Assembly: GCF_964204645.1 (NCBI RefSeq)
Contig: NC_134031.1
Location: 2,852,001-2,916,000, forward strand
Source: Tubulanus polymorphus
Lineage: Eukaryota; Animalia; Nemertea
Length of the DNA stretch: 64,000 nucleotides
Direction of reading: 5' to 3'
Shown here: in pieces, positions 1-12,200 of the stretch
How positions within the stretch are numbered: position 1 is the first letter of the stretch
Layout of the letters: each line of letters begins with the position of its first letter
Position numbers and translations under genes: made by a program
The notes under the pieces: model-generated
Database searches by the model: none
What the model was told of the DNA's origin: nothing
The model's input: only the letters and a program-made list of their open reading frames with translations

Positions 1-334
1 CAAATTGTTCAGGCAATCGGTTTGGCAAGAGGACACTGGTACGCGTGTCCAAACGGTAACTATATTGAATGTAAAATTTTGCATAAAAACAGTATACATG
101 TGTATAATGTGAGCTTTTTTCGCTCCTTTATTTACTCAAACAGGCCATGTGTATGCTATTGGTGAATGTGGTGGTGCCTCACAACTCGGTAAATGCCCAG
201 AGTGTGGCTCTGCAATTGGAGGTACTCGACACACGTTAACTGCTGGAAATCGACATTATGGTCTAATGGATGGTTCTAGTTACGCCGCATGGTCTGATCA
301 GGCTAACATGGCGAATTATGAATTGAATTTCTAA
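1..334 (+). CDS. ZNFX1: NFX1-type zinc finger-containing protein 1-like, last two coding exons (1-55, 144-334), RZ-type zinc finger C-terminus
   Basis: Spliced translation QIVQAIGLARGHWYACPNG/HVYAIGECGG...CPECGSAIGGTRH...MDGSSYAAWSDQAN matches the recalled ZNFX1 C-terminus (GHW.C.NGH.Y.IG.CGG...MDGAQHAAWSD). GT-AG intron 56-143; AATAAA at 822-827. Confidence 0.85.
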
Positions 335-644
335 CATGAAGCTTGAATAGGTAGGTCCATATTCATTCGTTTTTTCCAAACACTTTCGAAATTAAAAAAA
401 TTAAGTGTATGTCCTTTTTATATTTAGCTGTTCGGGGGAACGTAATTCAACAAGGTGATTGAATATTCTGTCGTGTGTAGCTCACTGGAGGATCATGATT
501 CTACGCGTTTTAAAAGAACTTGAGCTAGTGTTCGACATTTCGATGATTTTAAATAGAATACATGATATTGGTTCTTCTCTATTTATTCAATTAGTATTAT
601 ATGTTAATCTTATTATTATCATTATGCTTAATCAAATAAATATA

Positions 645-794
645 CGGTGGAACCTCGTTATATCGACCTCAGATATAACATCGGTTATTACCAACCTAGA
701 ATGTTGTCCCAAATAGGACAATTATTATTCGCACTGCACATATAACGAGCAGATTTTCTGGTCTCCTGAAGTTCGTTGTAACGAGGTTTCACTG
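645..794. mobile_element. Tc1/mariner(pogo/Tigger)-like MITE
   Basis: TIRs CGGTGGAACCTCGTTA / TAACGAGGTTTCACTG flanked by TA on both sides; related copy at ~3960-4245. Confidence 0.7.
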
Positions 795-3700
795 TATATC
801 CATGTACGTGTACTTTATTGGAATAAATGTGGATTGTGATCAGTGTGAGATTTTTATTCTTATGTACATGGTTTGGGAATTTTCACATTGTCCTTTGGTT
901 TTGGGGCCGATTGCATTCGGTAAGCATTTATTTTAGAAAATGAAGAAGCGCATAACACGAACAGTTTGAGGGGTCCTTGGAGCTCGGCTACATGTAGTCC
1001 CATTGATCGTCGGTGTGTAATGATAATGATTTCAATCTATTCTCGGGATCGTTATGCCAGTTTGTGAAGGAAAAATAAACGCACACCAAGCATAATTATG
1101 AAATATCGTTTATTGCAACAAGACTGACCATCAATAGTGAATAATAAAATATACACGACAGGTACATAGTTTATCATGGCAACTGGTGGTCAATATGGCC
1201 GAATATACTTGAGGCAAAAAAACGAGTCAACATATTACAATAAACTCTTAAATATAGAGAGCAAAACAGATCTATAGTTCCCAAACATTAACAAAATGAA
1301 TTATTCACTGGTTCGTAAAAATGTACATGATCCAAGTTAAATCGTGGATAAGATTATTTCATAGCTCCGAATAACTATTGTTTCCTTTCATAAATACATG
1401 TCAGAAATACAACAATTCCTATGATAAACTTCGGACTACATGTAATTCAAAATGTGTGCAATTTAAACTATGTAACAGCAGAGTGCAGATGGATTTTCTG
1501 ATATCCCAGATTCCATTAGGTTTAAAAGATTGAGGATAGGACTATACGGTTATGTACGTCGGCGCAGAAAAGAAATATCATTGTAATCTTCGGTATATTC
1601 AATGGTTATAGGCTACCTTAATTTTTTTCTGGATCAGATCTTATTGACAAACGAAGGGTAATCATTTATCGGATATACTGAGGTTGTAAAGATAAGCTTG
1701 ACTAGTCAAATTAAGACTGGGAAAATTTCCATTTACTGCTTTCATGGATGTATTTTATATTCTAACGTCCGTGAATTCATAAATGCGCGGGAAACAGTGA
1801 CAAAATTAACAATTAAACAGGTGACTAGTGAATACCTCAGTGACTAAAGAATAACGAACACATATATATCTAGTGAACAGCTTTTCGTAAATGCTTGCAA
1901 GTAGTAAAGATACCGATAACGTATAGTACACGTAACGTACATATACTGTATATGCAATTTAACCCGGGTATATTATTATTATTATTATACATGTACGATG
2001 GAAAAAATATTGAAAACTATTTTCGCGACAGTTGGAGAAAACGAATGCATACGAGTTTTAAGCACGGGACGGATATACATGTATAGTATCACAAAGTTTG
2101 GCGATGTTTATATAGTTTCATGGGTGTTACTGAAGCGATGCTGGCCCCCAGTCCAGCGAAAGATAGCTTCACATAGTTCGGTACCGTTGGTCCCCATTCA
2201 GTGCATTGCTTCTCAACGTTAGGCGTAACTAGTCTCACTAGTTACCGAAGGATGGCAAAGCGGGTAGCACAGGCCCCACCCAGTCCAACCATGGACTCTT
2301 CGTTTTAGACCTCAAGGTCCAACGAAGGATGGCTTTGGAAAATCCAAACAGATAATTCACTAATTCTCTAGGTATTGAGTACCCATTGAAAGATTTGGAA
2401 TGGTAAAATATCGACCAATTTTGTTTAGAGAACTGCGGTTTTAATACATGTATACTTATAAGTGGCAGCAGCTAAATTCAAACATGGTTTTAGTAATTCT
2501 TTCTCGATATTTCTCTCCTGGAAAAATGACTAGGACCGATAAATATATATATATATATATATATTAAATCGTATAAGAAAAATATACAACAATTCTAACA
2601 ATATCGATTGCTTGCAGTAAATGAATCATCGAGAAAAACTGAGTTTGATAAATACTGCGTATTATATATATGTGTATATAAAACCTTATCATTCACGTAG
2701 ATATACAAGTCTTATTGTAAGGACAGAGTTCCTATAATTCGTATTTCGAGATCAAATTATGATATCAACCGGTTTTATGGATTGGTTTTTAATAGATAAG
2801 AATTATAGGACACAGGACGTCTAGACATACACGCAAGAACACTGAAAATAAAGTCGTCTGCTTAATGTATAGACTTCGTATATGTTTACACAGATTTCCG
2901 AGGTCGTTCAGGTACCCCAACCATTAACCTGAGTGACCGACTAGACCCAGGAGATTGATTTTAATTCCCCATGATAAGCTTGACACGATCTAGACCGCTC
3001 TATTCTTTACACATTACCGATCATTTTGGCTGAAATTTCGGTTCCTTGTCGGTTTCACTAGCTACGACACCAACCACCCCGTAGCAAATAATGAAATGAC
3101 TGATCGTCTTCCTGAACATCGACAATGAACTTAATTTTGGCTTTTGGTAATTCAAAATTTTGGCGGAAACTGAGTTTGGCAGATAATTGACGGTCGACAT
3201 GTAGGGCCTAGTCTATTTCACAGTTAACTTGGCAACAAACAACAATTCTGAATCGGGTTTGAGTTAAATCTATCTCACTTGAATACAATTATTTACACGA
3301 ATTCTGATATATCATTGACAATGGTACATTTTTAGAAATTGGAAAGTACAAACTTTACAAAGACATTCAAATCACGTAGATAAACACATGCATTTACATT
3401 CAAACGTAGGAGTCAATTCTGCAGCTGTTAGTTAAGAATTCACTGTTTACAAAAAATATTCAATCATCATTCAGTTTAAACGTAAATACAATGCTCGTTA
3501 CACGTATTTGAACATGTATACTTGAAATTCGAACTGAAAATAACCTCACAACTGCGGAACTCTTACATAGAAACCGATAGTCTGTCCTAGACGATCTCAC
3601 AGACGAATCAAGTTTCCTATTTGGGATGATAAAAAGCTGACTGGAAGAAGAAAATTACTTTTTATAAACCCTTCAACCGCGAGTTACAAAATGTTGTCGG

Positions 3701-3959
3701 AATCTACGGGTTTTTAGACTGCGAATAATTATGATGATGAACGTGTGTTTTAATTTACAAATGAACGATGAAAATAATAATGAGTCACCAGGTTTACGCA
3801 GATCGGCAGAAAAGTACAAACCAGACGACCCGGTTCAAAAGTTCCGACACTCAAGATTCTTAAATTCGACTCTTAAGAGAGTTAACTTATTGAAATGGAC
3901 TCAGTTGTGTGATTTGCCCACGGAAATGAACCACAGTCGAACTCGCTTAAGTTGTCATA

Positions 3960-4245
3960 GGGTAGAACCTCGTTATAACAATTATGGATATAGCGATTTA
4001 TCGGTTATTACAAACCTAGGTCCGGTTTTATAGACTGGTATTACCTTTAACCCGGGGGCTAACTCAGTTGAATATGAATTGAGTTAGCCCCAGGATTAAA
4101 GGTAATATCCGACTATAGAACCAGCCCCTAGAATTTTGTCCCGAAATATCACAATTTCAGTTAATCCATACTGGATATAACGAACTATCAGGTAAAACAA
4201 ATAGTTTTTTAGTCCCCTGAAGTTCGTTGTAACGAGGTTCCGCTG
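3960..4245. mobile_element. Second copy of the TA-flanked MITE, carrying a nested palindromic MITE (4020-4128, TAG duplication)
   Basis: Ends GGTAGAACCTCGTTATAAC...GTTGTAACGAGGTTCCGCTG. Aligning to 645-794 shows an insertion at CCTAG^AAT; the insert is a near-perfect hairpin. Confidence 0.7.
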
Positions 4246-4591
4246 TAGTTGGGAAGATTATTATGATTTCGACTTATCCAAATTCCGACGTACACTTATA
4301 GTCGATTGAATTGAAAATAAAAATTAAGACTCATAAATCAGCCATGTGACGACTTTAAAGCAAGTTTTGCTGTAATATCAAATGTAGTGTCTTTACAAAA
4401 ACTGTTGAACTGGGGCCTGGAGCCCGTTCTAGAGTCATGGCTTTGTCTTAAGACATCAACTTAGTATTATAGTCGATTTAACAACTTCAGATTTAAGACC
4501 ACTTTGGTAAGTCTTGACTGGAACAGGCCCCTGGGTCGTTGTTTAGCTGCTCGGATGACTGTTGTATAATATACGGTGTAGAAGGCTTGTT

Positions 4592-6241
4592 TTATTTAAC
4601 GACTGCTAGCGATGATTTCGCGTCGGCGACGAGAAGTTCCATGCTGTCGGTGTCTCGACGTTTGAACGCTTCCGCGATCACTCGAGCCGCGTCGCGATGT
4701 TCGAGGTTCTTCAACGATTTACCGTTGACCTCCAGAAGAACGTGGCCGACTTTCAATCCGCCGGACTCGTGCGCCGATCCGCCGGGCTACAAGAGAAAAA
4801 TAGATTACTCGGTTTAAAATGAAATCTCGGTAATCGCGATATCGTTTAACTAAACACTACCATTTTCACTTCATGTTTTACATCCAATATTTACGTCCAA
4901 AGTAAATCTACCTCCAAAAATATTACACCAAAGATAACGTTCCAAAATTGTTGTGCTTTGAAATTTTATTTTAATTTTTGAATATCGACAAATTTTGAAT
5001 TACAATTTTTTTTATAAAATCTCCTCACTCGACGCTACGATTTAAATCTCAAAAACCTGTCCAAGGTGTACCTTTAACCATAAGAAGATAAGTATGTCGA
5101 GAGAAGATGAAAGAAACTGAAAACAAGATGTACGTAGAACAACCGAGGAACATCGTGGGGACACAATACGTAACATTAAAGGAAAGCTATAACGCCCCAG
5201 AGAACACGAAAAGCTCTTCCCAGTAAAAACACATCATCAATAAAAGGAGGTCATTCATTTGAAACGATTGATCATGGATTGATCATGGATTGATCATGGA
5301 TTGATCATGGATTGATCATGGATGCAGGAATGTTATACTTGAATGGTGGGTTTTGCCATCCCCTCCTAAATTCATGATCCACTCTGTTTTTGCCTCATAA
5401 ATGAATGACCTCGAGTTAGGAATGACTTTCGAAGGAATCTTTTCCAGAAGGGGTCGACATGAACCATTCACCAAAACGAAGCAGCCTGTTGTCACCTGAA
5501 CACTATACGTATACCGGCACCGCAGTTTATTAGCGTGCGAATATATACCTCGATTTCGACCACTTTAGGAATGGGCTCGCGAGATTTAGCACCTCCGGTT
5601 ATCGCGATGCCCAACGTCGTTCGACATTTTTTAATGATAACTTTCTGCGAAATAAATATATATTTCATAATTCAAAGAAGAACAGAAATCAACTTTTTTC
5701 GGCGCAGTGGAAAGTAATGATTGATATAAATAGAGTTGCTGAGAGATGCGAATGTCTGAATCGGAGATGCATAGAAGAACGTACATAGAGGAGGAGGTCC
5801 CAAATGCTTTTACTAATAGGCAACAACTGACTAATATCAAGAGGAACTAAGCAATATAATGTTTCATGGACCTTGATGATAATTTCTAACGTCATGAGAA
5901 ATAATCAGGGTCTGAGATTCTGACTTTCCATATCAGACTTCGCGTACGAACAATCAGCAACTCTGGATTCAGTTTTTTATATAATATACCGAGTCTTGTC
6001 AGAACAAGCCAGACAGATATACTACTAGAGAATAGAGAATGCGCCCGTGGCGTCTGCGCGAGTTTAATGTTACCTGTATGTTGATAATTCTGGGAAGCGG
6101 TTGACGAGTGTTAGCTCCACCTTCGATCGCGATTCCCAGCGTCGGCTTAGTTTTATACACGTTGACGATGCTACCCTCGTCCGTCTGACAGCTATCATCC
6201 ACCGTGTTTAATGGTTGCTGCAATAATCATTGTTAGTAATG

Positions 6242-6280
<39 letters not shown>

Positions 6281-9200
6281 GTAATAGTAATAGATTTCAT
6301 TATATAGTGCAGATTTAGTAAGATAATCGCTGCACTTCACCTTCACAATAAAAAACAGTATAGAGAAAATGTTAAAATTACCAATCAGGCATTATGAAAT
6401 ATTCTAAAAGTAGGTTTGGCTAAAAAGATATGTCTTAAGATAACGTTTGAAAATATGAATGGATGTTCTCTTAGAGATTATGGCAGTTTGTTCTAGAGGA
6501 TTGGACTAAAAAAATATTTTGCTAACAATCAATCAATTAGCTCAGACTTGATCCCAATGAAGTTTAATGGCTTGTACAGTGTTGATTCAGTACTATCAGG
6601 ATTGAAACATATTTTACCTGTGACGCCTGTTGTTTTTTCTCCTCTTCAGGAATAATAGGATTGAAATTTGGCTGAAAATAGAGAACGAAATGTTACATAA
6701 AGCATAGTAATACTATCTTAACTTACGAGACAATGTTCATAATGTAAGGGGCGGCAAAACACATTATTAAATCAGACAATAAATCCAAACTAAATTTGGA
6801 AAAAAAATAACGTCTGCGTTTAACCCATCCCTGTGCTAGGTAACTTCAGATTCTAATGCGCTCAATAAAACTGACTCAGTTCTTAATGATTAACGAATCC
6901 ATTGATGACAATCCCAGTTTTGATAACTTAATTCAGATAAATTTCAATCGAAAAGATTTAACACTATATATACAACACTAGCAACAAATAAACGAGTTGA
7001 ACAACACTTATTCTGATTCTATTCGGAGAGATAAGATACGGCGCCGCTTTCTCTGAGAGTCTAACATTTCAGAATTATTAAAAATGACAGAATCGAGGAC
7101 AGAAACAACTCAAGTGCTCATATGGAATATTCATCGGAAAGACACAGAAATAGAGACAGATTTCCAATAAAAGTCTGAGAGGTTTTGTTTTTGCTTTATG
7201 AGTGTTCGATTGCGCTGAATAACTTCATCATCTGCGTAGAGAAATATTGCGTAATATGAATCATGACCACGTGTTGATTCAGATTGTAGATTCTTACAGA
7301 TCAGAGAATCCATAATTCCCTGACATTTCCCTGATTTGTCCTGACCTTTGACCAAAAATCCCTCCGATTAAATTTGAAAATATCCTCAGTGGGGACTGTT
7401 TCTATTCAAGAAGTTCCTTGTGCTACTCGTCACCAGCAAGAACAACAAAACTACAAAATTCAATTTCCCTGACTTTTTCTTGATTCTCAAGAAACTGATT
7501 CCCTGATTTTCCTACACAGGTAAAAAATAAAATCTGAAATTCCATGAATTCCCCTGATCTGTAAGAACCCTGGACACAAGACGATGAAAAGTGATTTTCA
7601 CAAGAATTCTAGAGCGACACGTTTGTGCATATTTACACCAAATACTCTGACGGGAGACAAACCTACATCGGTCTCACGGATAACCGATATTTCGCCGTCG
7701 GGGTACACCAGGGGGCGTGGTATTCGAAACGGAGTGTTCGATAAAACGCTATCCATCGCCTCGGCGGAAGAGCTATGAACGATGAGGAAATAAAATAGAA
7801 ATTTTACCCGAAAACCAAAAAAAAGGTGATCTAAAACACAACAATTTGAATTTACATAAACGATCTTCAAAAAAAAATCGCACTCTAGTGAAAAAGTTTG
7901 AAATAAATTCTTTTCATGAAATCGCTACCAAACATACGTGTTTGACATGCTGGTACCCTAACGAAAATTTTACAAGAAAAAATTTCGTAAATTTCAAAAT
8001 TCAACTGAAAATTTCATCACCAATAAGATAACTGCTATTATGTTCCTAGAAATTTCGAGTCTAAATGTTTTGAAAAATATTGCAATGAAAATATTCCGAG
8101 TAAACTTCGAGGTTAACAACTGAAAACGAATGTCAAATATTCAACATAGACAAAATGAATAAAAGTAAAAAAAACGCACAATTAGGAAACTGTACAAACT
8201 ATGAACACACAGAGTCGACAAATCCTCTTATATCTCTGTCTCTCGTATGATTTGAAGTGTTTGACATCAATTGCCGATGATAATACGCTGCAAGTTTTAT
8301 AGGTTACAGCAACTGATGAGAGAGGGTGGAGTACCATGTTGCTAGGCAACGTATGTAAGTTAATGGATGCTTCGATTGCATTCTCTAACGTAGATCAGTA
8401 GAGCTATTCGCGCGACTAATGCAAGGCTCGATTTATTTCATTTGTAGAAAGTATCCTTCATTTTCGGTTTGAAATTATGTTTCTAATCGAGGAAACGCGG
8501 GAAACAACTGAATCAAACATCTTTTAATTGTGAAACCAGAAATTTCTTTTATCAGAGTGCCGCCACTTTCTGCCCATTTACAAATTCCCATGATTTTTCC
8601 ATGTTACAACAAAAATTTCCCTGAGTGAATCAGAGGAATTTGTAGGTTTAAAATATTACTATTTATTCAATTTTTATGAATCCTGTATTACTGAAGAGAT
8701 AAGTGGTCGATAACGTTATCTCTGAAAAATTCCCGGTTAAATTCCCTGAATTTTCCCTGATTTTTTAGGTTTTCTAATTGCCAGAGTTTTCCAGGTTTTC
8801 TAGGTCAGTGATCAACCTGTCTATCGTGTCAAGATATTTTCATTCCAATTATCGGTATCCCAACAAGAAATCGACAACCCTCAGGATACAGAAATTACGC
8901 CAAAATTGAGTTATGATACAGAAAACTCACTCAGCTAAGCGCGTTCATGTACATGCATTCTCAATTCAATTACCAGGGTAGTAACTAATTAGTAACAAAT
9001 ATAGTATAGTTAATAATTAACAAATGGGTTTAATTTACCATAATTGATATTGGATATTTGATGATAACTGAGTGGATCGTCAATAGCGCTGGGAATACAA
9101 CAACTTAAAAGTTTCATTAGCATAATTGCAAACGATGAAATGGAAACAGACTTGACGAGGGAAGAACCTGGTTATAGTAAGAATGGTTAAGTTGAAAGGA

Positions 9201-12200
9201 TCCAAGTTGAGTGGAGTCTTCTGTACTTACAAGTACAGGGCTTAGGGTATGTTTTGTCAGTGAGTTCAATAGTCATCCTACAATATTATAACTTTGGAAA
9301 GAAATTCATATCTCTTACCTGGACCTTGTTGTAGTTACGAATTTCATTGCTGAAAAAAAAGGAGAAAAGTTATGAAATCGAAATTGAAAACGAGAATTTT
9401 CATTGAAACGCTTGAATGCGATGTTTTACCTCGGTAAATGTTTATCAGAGTTACCGTTTAACTCAACCCCACTATCTTCACTCGGGCTCCTACCCTGACC
9501 CTACAAATAAAACATACATATACGATGTTCAATTTGGAGCCGGGCTTATAGCGCATCAAATACAGTCGACTCTGATAGGCCACTCCTGTACACCGAGACA
9601 GTCATGTTGAGAATCACGGAAAGAGTAGTTTATCTTTTCAAGTTGACTGGTACAAAGTCAAGGAGATATTCATCAGTTAACTCAGGTAACACATTTAATC
9701 GTTATTTACCTTCGGTTGAGCCTGTGATTGAGAATGCACCTCAGCAGCGACCAACACATTTTCGCCGGGTTGACTTTTTCTACCCGCGCCACCGTTTATG
9801 TGTCGCTGAAACAGTTAGTAACAATCTAATGTACTAGATGTCGATCAAGGGGCAATCCTTTAGTAAGTAGCCGGCCTTGAAGGGTCGGAATGCTGGCTTC
9901 AAATAAGGGATAAATTAGACAGATAATCTGATGTATACCCAGTGTGGAAGATAATGAATGATCTTACAAATGATGATATCAAAAGTTTATTTTTCTGACA
10001 GTTAGTGTTTCTATGAAAACCGTCAGTTTAATAAACTCAGGTTTTGTACCATTTGTAGTCATCGATTTTCAATACCTTTTCCAGTGGTAAATATCTAAAT
10101 ACCCATAGCTACTGAATGTGATATGAGTTTATATTTACTACGACAGAATTGAAAGTTTACGTAGACAAATACTAGAACCACAGTTAATTGAATCCACAAG
10201 AAAATTAATCCAAACCAAATCCCGAGCCTTGAAAAAATAACTTCTAATATCCATAACTGTTCCAGGATTATAAGGACTCGCGCGAACCCGTAAAGTTTTA
10301 TGATCATCGTTCTTAGGGGTTTTTCATTAACTGATGAATTTGTCTGTTAATGCGCGAGAAAAATATACATCGGATTCCTCGGCAAATTGATCTGGATCAT
10401 TAGGACGAGCAGTTTTGACTTACCATCGGTTCACCACCGAAATAATCGGGTACCCCGTCTGTATCGTCGTATATATGATCAATAGCTACCTTCAACGGGT
10501 CAGATCTAACATTATGATGACGAGGACCCTGCAAAATATACACGTACACCCATTAGACAGTTCGCTGATATTATTGGATTACCACGTCGCCTAACTTAGA
10601 AACGCTCGGGTGAAAATAGCGTAAGCAACCACGCCTCAGACAGGATCAAGGTCGAGTGGACACTTTCTAACTGAAATATTGATCGTAAATAATTTGTATT
10701 CGGGTCAACTTTCCTTATATGCGTCAGCTGCGATGATAAATATATTGAGTATTGTCTGTACGTGCTGCAATTTGACAATTAGCGTAAATACATTCACGAC
10801 ACAGGCTACATATTTATGATCAGGCTAGGTATTTATGATCAGCCTACGTATCTATGACCAGGCTATGTATTTATGACCAGGCTATGTATTTATGACCAGG
10901 CTATGTATTTATGACCAGGCTATGTATTTATGACCAGGCTACGTATTTATGATCAGGCTACGTATCTATGACCAGGCTATGTATTTATGACCAGGCTATG
11001 TATTTATGACCAGGCTATGTATTTATGACCAGGCTATGTATTTATGATCAGCCTACGTATCTATGACCAGGCTATGTATTTATGACCAGGCTATGTATCT
11101 ATAATCAGGCAAATTATTGTCATTCGGAAGATGCGTCAGTATCAATGGGATAATGAAATGTGAATCATAAAACTCAACTACCAACACCCTGATCCAAGTC
11201 TAATCCTGCACCCAGTGTTCTCTGCCTTCTGCCAAATCGAGCTTAATTCAATAGAATTTATTACTTAAGAACCACAGGGACCAGTGCACATTTACCAGCG
11301 ACATTCAGTGCCTATGCCGATAACTGATCTAACTTCGATTTCGGAACTTGTCGGGTGACTGAGTTTACAAACAGTAACTGTGGAATCGGTGGCCCAATAT
11401 CTGATCGTGTAATATTGAATAATTTCGCTGAAAAGGAATGACCTGTCAACAAGTGACCAAAAACCTGAAAATCAAGCCACCACAATCTGTGCAAAAACTA
11501 AATCAGAATCCAGTTCCAACGAGTTAGATTAAATTCCTAAGTCGAATTAAGTGCATTTTCAAATACATCCAACTACAGACTGGAACCGGCTCTTTCGTGT
11601 TCAGAAATCTATCGAAAAACCTTTCACCCTCGTGGCTAAAACAAACTATGAATCCGTGAGAGGAGCCGAAACTAACCTTCTTCGAATGCGGGGGTAATGA
11701 CTGATTCATATTAGTCATCATATTGAATTTCAGATTGAAATCATCGAGAGACTCAGAATCCTGTAAGTATGTAAACAGATTCTGCAGTCACCTAAATCAC
11801 TTCTTCATTACAATTGTACTGTCAAAACCTCGTGCCTAACATGACATTTATGAGATTACTGGGGTCAAATTGATGAATTCAGGTATTAAACATCTTTGTA
11901 ACATCCTTACAATGGCTTCTTTTCACATTTTTTACAACAAAATACCAAGATTTTTCTAGATTATTCACATTTTTCTACATCAAGGTACAATATCATAAGT
12001 CATAAGTGACCACGATCTGGAGGGATTAAAATATAATTTCTTTAACCTTAACACAGCTTGTGCATACATTTTGAGCTCCACAGTTAAAGGTACAAAAAGA
12101 GGATCAAAATATTCGGACAGACATTTTTCTTGAATTTTTCACACATTTTCATGATTTTTCACTGATTTTTCAATTTTTCATTTTGCAAGCAGACATCCAT

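Noticed and set aside
8313-8335. CTGATGA hammerhead-like core
   Set aside because: No matching stem II/GAAA/NUH arrangement follows.
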